Source: Eledone cirrhosa
Lineage: Eukaryota
Direction of reading: 5' to 3'
Length of the DNA: 64,000 bases
Assembly: GCA_964016885.1 (NCBI GenBank)
Contig: OZ024740.1
Coordinates: 118,358,001-118,422,000, forward strand
The position numbers and the translations under genes are program-made. Shown here one piece after another: positions 40,025-52,441 of the stretch. The notes under the pieces are model-generated. The model saw only the letters and a program-made list of their open reading frames with translations. It was not told where the DNA came from and searched no databases. Each line of letters opens with the position of its first letter. The first letter of the stretch is position 1.

Positions 40025-43000
40025 TCATCATCATCATCATCATCATCGTTTAACGTCCATATTCCACGCTTGCATGGGTTTGGACGGGGGTTTTCCCACT
40101 TGAGGCAAGAGTGGTTGTCTTGCTCGCATAGGACGGTCTGGCGGGTTTTCTACGGCTGGATGCCCTACCTAACACCAACCACATTTACAGTGTGGAACTG
40201 GGAGGTTTTTACTGCGTTGCCTACACGGCCACATTACAGCGTGGACTGTGTGTTTTTTTGTCGTGACACCTACACGACCTCATTTGTTTTGGGCTGGATG
40301 TTGTGACACCAACATAATTTTACATTGAAGGGGTGGTGTGGACAGGGTGGGGATAGTGGGACGGGGTGTATTTTGTTAGAGGTGCCTTCTGACTGTAGTA
40401 GGTTTCACTTTGTACTTAGGTAAGGCGGGTCTTCTCTATTACTGTGTACCGCCAAAGGTCTCGGTCCAGTGACATTGTCTTGGAGAGGTGTAAGTGTGTG
40501 AGGTTGGAATTTATCAAGTCGTCCCAGGATTTTCTGGGTCTGCCTACTCCGTGGCTACCGTCTATTTTTATTGCCCTGCACTTTTTTATACAGCTGTTGT
40601 CTTTTATGCGCATCACGTGACCATACCAACGTAGTCTTCTCTTGAGTAAACAACATCTGATGCCTCTTATTTCTAATTTCTCCTTTAGTACGTTTGTTTT
40701 GCCGTTCACGTATGTTACTATTACACATCCAGCGGAGCATGCAAGCTTCGTTTCTCTCCAGTCTGCGTATATCCTCTGCACACAATGCCCAGGTCTCACT
40801 GCCATGTAACATTGCTGTTCGTATGCAGGCATCGTACAGCCTGCCTTTCATTTTTAGAGAGAACCCTTTAGCGGCCAATAGTGATATAAGATCTCTGAAC
40901 TTTTTCCATCCCGTTCTGACCCTAGCTAATGTACTTTCAGAGCACCCTCCCCCACTGCTGATTTTATCACCCAGGTAACGGAAGGTGTCCACTATTTCTA
41001 TAGAACCATCTGTGCAATGGAATGAGCTAGTATTTGTGGGCACTTGCTGCTACTTATTGCACCAGAGCACCTGCCACATATAAAATCTATATTCTTAGAT
41101 AGTTTACCTGCGATCCCACTACATCTTTTATGTACCCATACTTTGCATTTGGGACATAAAATGGAGTTTCTACCTACTCCTTTCCTACACACTGAGCATG
41201 GCCATTTCCCAGATGGGACAAGTGCCCTATTTTCCTTCCTATAAACTAGAACTTTAGTCTTAGACAAGTTAACTTTAAGGCCTTTTGATTCTAGGTCATG
41301 CTTCCATGTTTGGAATTTCTTCTCTAGTTCAGCCATTGATTCAGCTATGAGCGTTAGATCATCTGCATATAGGAGTTCCCATGGGCAGCCGGTCTTGAAC
41401 TCCTCTGTTATAGCCTGAAGGGCAATAATAAATAGTAGGGGGCTAAGGACGGAGCCCTGATGAACAGCAACTTTTACGCTAAACTCTTCACTATATTCGT
41501 TGTTAATTCTAACCTTGCTGGCTGTTTCTTTATACATGGCTTGTATAGCTCTCACAAGCCATTCATCAACACCTAGCTTTCTAAGGGCCCACCAGATAAT
41601 CGAGCGGGGTACTCTGTCAAAGGCTTTCTCAAAGTGAACAAAAGCTAAGTATAGGGGTTTACTTTTAACTAGGTACTTCTCCTGTAGTTGTCGTACAATG
41701 AAAAGAACGTCTGTTGTACTTTTACCTGACACAAACCCGAACTGCATTTCGTCTAGATCAATTCGCTCTCTGATTAGTTGCGCTATTACTTTTTCTGTGA
41801 ACTTCATGACCTGATCAATTAATTTAATGCTTCTATAGTTTCCCCTATCTAGGGCATCACCTTTACCCTTGTAGCAGTTAATGATGATGCTGCTGCGCAA
41901 GCTCTTCGGAACGACCCCATTCTGTATGACTTGGTTTACTATCCGGGTGACCATAGTGTGTCCCACCGTTCCAGATGCTTTCAGCATTTCGGCAACTATT
42001 TCCGAAGGCCCGGCCGCCTTGCCCGTCTTCATGTCTTTGATCGCCTTACTTATTATACTACCTTCAACTTGCACTGCTGGTCCCTCTATTGGGTCGATGT
42101 GGGGGAGACTGTCTTTCTCCCAATTATTCTCCTCATTTAGTAGCCTTTCGTAGTGACACTTCCAAGCTACCTTCTTATCAGCGTCAGTGATGGCAAGTAC
42201 ACCATCATCATTTAGGACACACTTCTCCCCGACAATATCACTGTTTTCCTTGACACATTGCCTAGCAATCTTGAACACCACACGTTTTTGGTCCTCGCGT
42301 TGTAGAACATGCTTGAACTTTCTTTCCTCTGCTTCCTTTCTTGCGAAGTACACTTGTCTCCTAGCTTCCCTCCTGGCCACTTGATAGTCTTCTCTATTTC
42401 CCCCATCACGCCATGCTTTCCAAGCCTGCTTTTTGGCCTTGATTGACCTCTCCACCTTACTGTTCCACCACCAAGTTACTCTTCTCCTGCCTATAGGCCT
42501 GCTCCAGCCAGAGGTTTCATCTGTCGCCTTCAGCAGGTTAGCTTTCAGGAATTCCCACTGTTCCATTGTACGACTCTTAATTGCTCTTCCTTACTATCAA
42601 AAGCATCAAGTAATATGCTTTTGAATTTATGACTGGCTGTGGGGTCCTTTAATTTCCATATTTTTCTCCTGAGGATAGTCCTCTCCTGTTGTCGAATACG
42701 TCTCGTCCTGGCTATGAGGTCACTGATTATGAGTCTATGTTGAGACGTGCATTCTTCTTGGGGGAGGGATTTAGTGTTTACAACAGACACTCTGTCACGT
42801 CTCCTGGTAAGGAAATAATCTACCTGGCTTGTGTGTTCCCCCGATCTATAGGTGATCAGGTGATTGTCTCGTTTTTTGAAGTTAGTGTTACAGATAGTTA
42901 GGTTATTTACGTCACAGAATTCCAGGATTCTGGAGCCTTCCTCATTTCTAGGATTCCGTCATAGCCGTCACAATGTTGTCCAACGTGACCATTTAGGTCG

Positions 43001-43500
43001 CCTGCAATAATTATATAGTCACTGTCGGTTATTTGGGAGGTAGTGAGCATCAGTGTCTCATAGAATCTGTCTTTTATAGTGCCGGGCAGTTCGGATTGGG
43101 GTGCGTACGCAGATATTACTGTCACCGTAGTTCTATTGAGGACAAGTCTTATTTTAATTATTCTGTCGTTCACTTTATTTACGTCTATTATCTTATCTGC
43201 CCACTTCTCTGCTACCATGAATCCTACTCCACCCAGCCCATTGTCATTTCCCACCCAGAAAAGCTTATAGCATCGTTCTTTACCCACGATGAATCTAGCA
43301 GACTCACCCCTCCACCTGGTCTCTTGAATATAACAAACATCGACCTCCTTACGTTCAAGCATTTCTACAACCTCGTTAGAGCGACCCTTTAAGGTGCCTA
43401 CATTCATGGTACCAACTCTGAAGTTTGGGATTGCGTTTGGAGTGTGGGAGCTGTGGGGCGCGGGGTGGGGTGGGTGGGGCTTATGTTAGCCATCCGCGGC
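40025..43500 (-). mobile_element. Near full-length RTE LINE (APE + RT + PHD-like finger) with about four frameshifts; 5' UTR may extend to ~44000
   Basis: ORF pieces 42907-43407 (GTMNVGTL, IQETRW, ISAYAPQ, AGDLNGHVG), 42545-42790 (SQHRL), 40998-42566 (RT, LYADDL), 40555-41043 and 40416-40832. (GAT)n tail at ~40025. Confidence 0.92.
40998..42566 (-). pseudogene. RTE reverse transcriptase segment (522-aa open stretch)
   Basis: KGKGDALDRGNYRSIKL, QFGF, AFVHFEKAFDRV, HQGSVLSPLLF, LLYADDL, then CSVC..CPKC..WVHKRC..CGRC. The usual motif-A Asp reads as His. Confidence 0.9.
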
Positions 43501-44029
43501 CGAAGCAAAGAGGAGGAGTGCTTGCATTCTCGTCCACGAGGTGAATTTGTCTTTATCTTTGGAATTGTCACTGAGCGTCCCGATTTTTCTTTTCAACTCT
43601 CCAGAATTCCGTAGTCCATCCATCATATCGAAAGGCAACCAGGTAAGCGATAGTATAGGCCTCTGACTTAGGATTGGTCCACGTAATAATGGTGGTGCGT
43701 GGGGGCAGGTGGGAGGTATATTGGGTAGTTAGCGAGAAGGTAAGGTTTAAATAAGATCCCCGTATTTTGGGCATAATTTAACAAGCATAAAACAAAAATA
43801 CAACATTTGTTTTGGAAAATAGGACAGAGTATTGAGTAGAAAGGCAAAGATTGGATTCGGGGAAAAATGATAGAGAATGACGAATGGACTAAGAAATTAA
43901 AATGGTGAGAAGAATGAAGAAATATTTGTACGTTACATTATACCATGAAAGCAGCCATCCGGAATAGGCAGTTCTGATTTTTTTTCGTACTTGTAGGGTT
44001 TATCTTATATATGGAGATAGATAATATTT

Positions 44030-45450
44030 TGGCAGTATCGGTAGAGGCTCGGAAGCCATGCTTTGACGCATAGAGTTACGGCCCTTGCGATTCTGAGTTC
44101 CAATTCCACCGAGGTTAACTTTGCCTTTCATCTTTACGGGTTGATAAAATAAAGTACCAGTAATTCACTGGTTAATTGCTGGCCTTGTGCCAAAAAGTAG
44201 AAACAATTATATTATAATATATTATATTATATCATATTATATTATATTATATCATTAACTTTGCCTTTCATCCTTACAGGGTCGATAAAATAAAGTTCCA
44301 GTAATACACTGGAATAATTGCTGGCCTTGTGCCAAATGTAGAAACAATTATATTATATTATATAATATTATATTATATTATATTATATTATATCATATAT
44401 ATATATCAAGGGCGGTGGATTGGCAGTATCGGTAGAGGGTCGGACGCCATGCTTTCCAGCAGAGTTACGTCCCTTTATGATCTGAGTTCAAATCCCGCCG
44501 AGGTTGACTTTGCCTTTTATCCTTACGGGGTCGATAAAATAAAGTACCGGTAATGTACTGGGTAATAGCTGGCCTTGTGCCTAAAGTAGAAACAATTATA
44601 TTATATCATATTATATCATATTATATTAATTATATTATATTATATTATACTATATTAATTATATATATTATATTATATTATATTAATTATATTATATTAT
44701 ATTATATTATATTATTTCAATCCCGCCGAGGTTAATTTTGCCTTTCATCCTTACGGGTTCGATAAAATAAAGTACCAGTAATGTACTGAGTAATTGCTGG
44801 CCTTGTGCCTAAAATAGAAACAATTAATTAAATTAATTATATTAATTATATTATATCATAGTATATTACAATAAATTACATTATATCATATTAATTATAT
44901 TAATTATATTAATTATATTATTTATATTGTATTGTATTGTATTGTATTGTATTGTATTAATTATAGGCGGTGGATTGGCGGTATCGGTAGAGCGTCGGAT
45001 GCCATGCTTTCCAGCATAGTTACGTCCCTTTACGATCTGAGTTCAAATCCCGCCGAGGTTAACTTTGCCTTTCATCCTTACGGGGTCGATAAAATAAAGT
45101 ACCAGTAATGCACTGGGTAATTGCTGGCTTTGTGCCTAAAGTAGAAACAATTAATTATATTAATTATATTATGTTATTTTAAATTATATTAATGATATTA
45201 TATTATATTAAATATATTAATTATATTATATTATAATATATTATATTATATTAATTATTTTAATTATAATAATTATATTATATTATATATTATATTTTAT
45301 TTTATAATATTATATGTTATAACATTATATTAATTATATTAATTATCTTATATTATATTATATTATATTATAACATATTATATTATGTTATATTATATTA
45401 AGTATATTAATTATATTAATTATATTATATTATATTGTATTATATTATAT
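44030..45450 (+). repeat. Head-to-tail cluster of five SINE copies separated by (ATATT)n
   Basis: Copies at ~44030-44210, 44255-44350, 44410-44600, 44715-44825 and 44965-45153, each followed by ATATT repeats. Confidence 0.9.
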
Positions 45451-45454
45451 TATA

Positions 45455-46630
45455 CTAGCATTAAAGCCCGGCGTTGCTCGGGGTCAGTATGTTACTAAAG
45501 TGTGGTTGCACCACCCATTTTATGGCAGCACCTTTTTGTCTGCCAGGCACTGGGTGAATGAATTGCAGACCTGGACTGTCGAAGCAGGAGCTGCGCCAGC
45601 AGTGACAATTGTACTTTCGCCTATGGATATTATCTCTGTGCAAAGAAGTGTTGAAATTTATTGTTTCACAGTACTTGCGCAACACGCACGTAGACGATGC
45701 CAGCCGAACAACAGAGCTGCAATGGAGTTGTTCTGCATGACATGTTTTAATGGGGAGAGGGGTGCAATGAGGGAACCGCAAACAGGGGCCTGAAAACATT
45801 GTCGAATTATGAGAACCAAAAAAGAGGAAGAGGGTTCATTGTATGGTTGGTGCATCATGTATGTCGGACGTAGAAGATGAGCCTGCTGCTGTGCCGACGG
45901 AGGGAGGGAAATAGAGCTGAGTGGAGGCCAGGTGTTGGTGAAGTGTGAAGTAATTGCAGGGAACCGCCTAAAAATGTAAATCCCGTCATTAAAGCATTTT
46001 TCACCCTTGATCCTAACCTGTCCATGGTCCTCTGAGGCCCACCAAACGGGGATTGGTGAGGAGCAGCAGCTGATATTTGAGTAGGGTCGGAGTTGCAATG
46101 AAGCTTTGTAACGCCGTGAGAATTAGCCTTTGTACGGCCGATGGTGGGGAGTGTCCAGTGCACTACAGTGAAGGTTAACCTACTTAGAAAGTACTCACGA
46201 AAAGGCAAAAATAAAAAAAAATAAAAAGTTATAAAATTAGGAAGCTAGGTAATCCTATAAAACCTTGTAGACAATGTTTTTATGTTTTTCCTTGCGGAAC
46301 GAACGCGAAAGCATCACTCTTGCTGCCCACACGCAAGCAGCCAATGTACAGCTGACCATGAGAGAAACACAGCTCCCCCAAATGTATTCCCGTGACAGAC
46401 AGTGTTTGCCCCTGCACTTTGTTAATTGACATTGCGACCGGGAGCTGAGACCTCCGAAATGTGAAAAGTAGGTCTGCTCCTGATGGGAAAAGATGCATCC
46501 TCAGTATGAGCACAACCTTGCCCCGACCGCACCCTGTGATTATCGTGGCCTCAATCAGATTGGGGGCTAATGACTTAACGACCAAACGTGTGCCATTGCA
46601 TTGTTTCGGCTGAACCAAATTTCGGAACCA
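45455..46630 (-). mobile_element. Helitron 3' portion with Pif1-like helicase C-terminus
   Basis: RNL..PK.CNGTRL...F.FRRSQLPVAMSINKVQGQTL...FSHGQLY..C.RV. The minus terminus has the hairpin CCCGAGCAACGCCGGG, then CTAG|T at 45455. Confidence 0.88.
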
Positions 46631-46683
46631 AATATATATATATATATATATACATGTTCTCAGTGCCAAACATTCAGCTTCAT

Positions 46684-46767
<84 letters not shown>

Positions 46768-47129
46768 TTTTCATTCATGATTAAGACATAATCTACTGTC
46801 GAATGTAGATGAGACAGCATTAACAGTAACACTGTCTCCATTTAGGGAAATAAGATTCTATTGACACAACATTAATTTTTTACTTTTATATCAGTTATAT
46901 GAGGCATCAGAGAACTATGGGTAGAGAAATCAGTGGGGATGCACAAAAAGGACATGTTTTGTTGAATATGCCACATGAATTTCATAGGGAGTTGTGTGCT
47001 AACTTACTATATAATAGAGACAAGGGCATTTGAGTTTGTCAGAAGTTGGAGTTATTGCACAGAGTCTTCTCTTTTGTTCACTTATTCCTGGGAGAATTGT
47101 TGGGGTAGAGTCCTGAAGCATGCTTATTG

Positions 47130-47880
47130 GCAGGTCCTGTCAGAAGCAACCATCTCCAACTGATCTGGCTGGATCTTTGAGCAAGACCTGCTGAGCTCAT
47201 GGATATTCTCCAATCATCTTGCTTGAGGCCTAGCCCTGGATCATTTGCCAGTTAGTTTCACCCATAAAATCTCTCCAGCAATTCTTTCTTGAGACATTCT
47301 AATCACATGCCCATAGTATCAGAGCTGTGATCTCTCAAATTGGAGAGGAGCAGCTCTACCTGGAGTGACTTTCTAATCTCAGTGCTATGTACTCTATTGA
47401 GTATCATTATGCCAAAACCCAGTTGGAGGAACCCAGTTTTGGTCGGTTGGATTTGCATTCATATTCTTTCAGTCATTGCCCAAAACACATCACCATAATT
47501 AAGGGTTGGCATGAATAATAAATTGAAGATAGCGAGTTTGGCTTTTACACCTAACTCCCTTCTGATTAACAAATGCTGAATCTGGTACATTACTGCACCA
47601 GCTTATCCAATTCTTGCACTTAATTCAGCCTCCTGCCTTCCATCTCTCGTGAACCTGGCCCCTAGAGCTTCTCCACCTGTTTCAGTAGAACTCCATTCAC
47701 AAGTAGAGTGCACTGTGCAAGCTTTCTTCAGAGGACAGATGTCTCAGTGCTTACAGCACTGATTTTCATTCTAGCTATGCAACATTCAGCAGTAAACCTA
47801 TCAAGTGCATATTGGAGATCAACTTCTGATGAGTTACTCAATATCATGTCTGCAAATTCCTGCTGACTGATCCTACATGC
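47130..47880 (-). mobile_element. RTE LINE 3' relic
   Basis: FADMIL.NSSEVDLQYALDRF.AEC...MKIS...TE; same 3' end as 4849-5052. Confidence 0.75.
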
Positions 47881-48409
47881 GCCAGTCGTGATACCACTTC
47901 TAACACAGCTGTGCATGTAAAACATGAGAAATTGTGGAAGTACTGCTAAGAAGTGTATTCTTACTGATAGTCTTAAGTTATAAATGTTGTTTTGTCTTGT
48001 CTTGTCTGTGAAATCTTCTAATTACTAATCAAACTTTAAAAAAAGGTTTGAGTTTAATGGCATGGCATGGAATATATTCTATATAAAATATATTAGTATC
48101 TATTTAATATGATATCAAAGACATTCTAAATTTAAACTTCCATACTTCTGTGAGCTCTCTAAAATTGCAGCACCTCGGTTGTACAAAGCACAATTTGTGT
48201 GGAAAAGCAGTAACCTTTGATCTACTGTTGATTGAGGAACTAATTGTTATGTACCAATTTGCCAACTATGGCAGCATGGAAATTTAATAAAAGACAATGA
48301 TATAAAAGTGACAACTACAAAATGTGGTGATGTTTATATGGTTTCATACCAAATAAATTATTGTATAAGACAGAGATAGATCAAGATTGTCATACCAATT
48401 ATATATATA

Positions 48410-48524
48410 ATGAAGGAAATCTGGTAAGGAACCAGGTGGATCATAACGCACCAAAGTACTCAATACTTAGGGTAGTAGAGTGGGTAATAGGAACGAGTAG
48501 GACCCCGTCGGGGTCCTACTCGTT

Positions 48525-48530
<6 letters not shown>
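48410..48530 (-). mobile_element. Third copy of the short fold-back PLE terminus
   Basis: Reverse complement of the 26931-27027 tail. Palindrome ataggaacgagtaggaccccg-t-cggggtcctactcgttcctat. Confidence 0.8.
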
Positions 48531-48588
<58 letters not shown>

Positions 48589-48589
48589 C

Positions 48590-49905
48590 TTTATAAACAA
48601 AAATCAAAGAGGTTTTTTAGAACATTTAATCACTTACGATCGTTTCATCCTAGCACAAGACTGGAATCAGTGGAGTCTATAATAAAGGTTAAAACACAAA
48701 TATAATATCAGAAGTTTGTCATAAGAACATTTTGAGGATACATAATATGGGAAGTAAACATAAGTATTTACATTCATATGAGAAAAGATAGCAAAAGTAG
48801 AAGTAGTATATGAAAAATATGAACATATAAATGCAAAAAATGAAATTAGGAGCAGCTAAAAGCATTAAAAATTTTAAAAACATGCTGCTATAAAGAAGTT
48901 AAGGCATATATCATAATTAATAAACATACATCATAAGCATTACAAAACTCTATGTTAGGATGGAGTTATTTATGCTTTGTATATAAGACGTTCTACTTCC
49001 TATTCAAATATGTGGTGCTTTTTTCCGATGATAGCACTTATTCTATACTGGATTTTACTTTGCTGATTATATTTACTCAACATTTGAATGGTTTGATTAA
49101 TAATAATAACATATTAATCTATATTTGATGTTTATTTTGCTGACTAAACTCAACTGACATTATTACATTTGAGGGCGGATTGGCAGTATCGGTAGAGGGT
49201 CGGACACCATGCTTTGATGCATAGAGTTACGGCCCTTGCCATTCTGAGTTCAAATCTCACCGGGGTTTGATTTGCCTTACATCCTTACGGGGTCTATAAA
49301 CTAAAGTACCAGTCACGCACTGGGTAATTGCTGGCCTTGTGTCAAAAGTAGAAACAATTATTACATTTGAAAAATAATTGTTCCTACTTTTGGCACAAGG
49401 CCAGCAATTACCAAGTGCATTACTGGTACTTTATTTTATCGACCCCGTAAGGATGAAAGGCAAAGTTAACCACGGCGGGATTTGAACTCAGATCATACAG
49501 GGAGGTAACTCTGTGCTTCAAAGCAAGGCATCCGATCCTCTACCGATACTACCAATCCACCGCCTTTTGAAAAATAATAGTTTACCTTCATGACTGAAAG
49601 TCGCAGTCGAACTTTTTGTTAAAATATATTTTGGAGATGTATTTTCATATTCTTAAATTTATATTTGAACTACACACCTACTCTTATTAACTTTATAAAC
49701 TTTTCTACTGTTTATGATATATATTTATTTACTAATTATGGTATATGACTTGCACTATACTTAACTTGTTTATAGCAGCAAGTTTCTCTATACCAGCATG
49801 TTTTTAAAAATTTTAAAGCTTTTAGCGCTCTTAAATCTCATTTTTTGCTTTATATGCTCATTTTTTTATATGGTTCTTCTACCTTTGCTATCTTCTCTTA
49901 TTTAT
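48590..49905. mobile_element. Older PLE-type terminus with diverged inverted arms (~48775-48950 vs ~49700-49905), interrupted by two SINEs
   Basis: aagatagcaaaagtagaag...aaaattttaaaaacatgctg matches the reverse complement of 49795-49895. Hammerhead-like motif at 48631-48676 (-). Confidence 0.6.
49173..49565. mobile_element. Tail-to-tail pair of full-length SINEs (+ 49173-49358; - 49377-49565)
   Basis: TSD ATTATTACATTTGA at 49159-49172 and 49357-49370. TSD TTTGAAAAATAAT at 49366-49378 and 49566-49578. Confidence 0.9.
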
Positions 49906-50094
49906 ATATATACATAGTTTGAAACTAGTTGCTGAAACAGTAGGAACTCAGCCATCGGGACCCTGACTCTTTCATATTACCACAGTCTACTACCCCAAGT
50001 ATCGAGTACTCTGGTGAGAAATGGTCTAACAGATTTTTACTAAATCCATTCTGATTTACACACACACACACACAGATATATATATATATTTCAC

Positions 50095-50715
50095 TAAGGC
50101 GATGACACAGGACCTTGATCTCTGGCGCTATTAAGTATTACAGAAACCTGCCTTCCCATATGCTCGAGCTGAGCCATATATCGAGTAGGCAACACCTTCC
50201 TCTACCATCTACCCTCCCATACACCTCCCTTGATGTAAACATCCCACCCCTATACTTACATCCCCAATTTCCCTAAACATCTTCCCCACCCCACCCAATA
50301 TCCCAACCCTCTCCATAAAGTGACCCCCGTACCCAGGAGCCACGGCAAAAGAGCCCAGCCCACACTATAGAGTGCTTATGTAGGTTTCATGATAAAAACG
50401 GTCAGTCAACACTGTAAAGTGGTCATGTAAGTGTCACAACAAAAAGCATCCGGTCCACACTGTAAAGTGGTCATGTTGGCAACATGACAAAAGTGCCTGG
50501 CCCTCACTGTAAAATGGTCTTGTAGGTGTCACAACAAAAAGCACCCAGCATACACTGTAAATGTGTTTGGCATTAGGAAATACATCCAGTTAAAGAAATC
50601 AAGCAAAAATCAGTTCTGTGTGAGCGAAACACGGATCTCAGACCTGATCTCTCACAAAGGGACAGCGCATCCTACCCATGCTAGCGTGGAAAATGCATGC
50701 TACACAATGTTGATG
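50095..50715 (+). mobile_element. RTE 3' end with expanded ~41-bp tandem units in the 3' UTR
   Basis: DLDLWR-type coding end, repeated cacactgtaaagtggtc.tgt.ggtgtcac.acaaaaagc units at 50340-50562, then the terminal catgctagcgtggaaa. Confidence 0.8.
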
Positions 50716-50738
50716 ATATATATATATATATATATATC

Positions 50739-52441
50739 CAGGTCATGAAAGTAACAGAAAGAGTTATAGCATAGTTGATTAGGGACCGGATGAAACTAGA
50801 TGAGATGCAATTTGGGTTTGTACCAGGAAGAGGCACCATTGATGCCCTCTTCCTTGTGAGGCCGTTACAGGAAAAGTACCTAGCTGAAATTAAGCCACTC
50901 TACCTGGCATTCGTCGATCTCGAGAAAGCCTTTGACAGAGTTCCACGTGCTGTAATCTGGTGGGTTCTTAGAAAACTAGGAGTAGATGAATGGCTTGTGA
51001 AAGCGGTACAAGCCATGTATAGGGGAGCAGTCAGCAAAGTTAGGATTAGCAATGAGTATAGCGAGGAATTTAGCGTACAGGTTGATGTCCACCAGGGCTC
51101 TGTTCTTAGCTCTCTCCTGTTCTTCATAGTCCTGGAAGTAATAACAGAGGAGTTTAAGACCGGATGCCCATGGGAACTCCTGTATGCTGATGACCTCGCA
51201 CTTATAGCTGAATCTAACTAGAGAAGAAATTCCAAACTTGGAAGCAGGGATTAGAAAGAAAGGGTCTCAAAGTCAACATGACAAAGACTAAGGTCCTTGC
51301 AAGTAGACGAGAAAACAGAACCCAGATCCCCTCAGCGAAATGGCCTTGCTCAGTATGTAGGAAAGTTGTAGGTAGGAACTCCATTCACTGCCCCAAATGC
51401 AAACAATGGGTACACAAGAGATGTAGCGGGATCTCAGGAAGCTTAATTAAGAATGTAGGCTTCACATGCAGCAGCTGTGCTGGGACAGCAAGCAGCAAAC
51501 AGCCACAGGAAACAAGTACCACCAATCTCTGGGAGGGCTCGGTAGTGACAGTAGACAGCTTCTGCTACCTAGGTGATCAAATTAGCAGCGGAGGTGGGTG
51601 TTCAGAAAGTACAATAACTAGGGTAAGAACGGGATGGAAGAAGTTCAGGGAACTACTACCACTGTTAGCTGCAAAAGGCTTCTCCCTCACAATGAAAGGC
51701 AGACTGTATCATGTGTGTATCTGAGCAGCAATGTTACATGGTAGTGAGACCTGAGCGCTGAAGGTGGAAGACTTACGTAGATTAGAGAGAAACGAAGCCT
51801 GCATGCTCCGATGGATATGTAATAGTAGTATACGCGAACGACAAAGCATAAATGAATTGAGAGAGAGACTGAGCATAAGAGGAATCAAATGCTGTGTGCA
51901 GCAGAGGCGGATGCGTTGGTATGGACATGTGATGCGTATGAAGGATGACAGCTGCATAAAAAGGTGCAGAGCACTAGAAGTCGATGGAAACCGCGGAGTG
52001 GGGAGACCCAAGATGACCTGGGATGAGGTGATAAAAGCTGACCTTACCCAATTACACCCCTCAAAGGCGATGACACACGACCGTGACCTCTGGCGTCACG
52101 CAGTAATACAGAGTACCCAACCTCCCATGGATACAAGCTGAAGCATATAGACAATATGCCCCCACACCCTCCCACTGCAAGGTGGTCGTGGAGGTGCCAC
52201 GGCAAAAAAGCACCCAGCCCACACTGTAAGGTGGACGTGTAGGCACCACTGAAAAGCACCCAGCACTCACTGTAAATGAGGTTGGTGTTAGGAAGGGCAT
52301 CCAGCTGTAGAAATCAAGCCAAATCAGTTCCTGTATGAGCAAGGCATGCTCAGCCGACCAGACACAGCCCACAACAGGACAACCCGTCTAACCCATGCTA
52401 GCGTGGAAGAACGGACGTAAAACGGTGATGATGATGATGAA
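50739..52441 (+). mobile_element. 5'-truncated RTE LINE, close relative of 37024-39136
   Basis: AFVDLEKAFDRVP, LLYADDL, WPCSVCRK..CPKC..WVHKRC..C..C and a (GAT)n tail. Several stops and one deletion. Confidence 0.9.
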
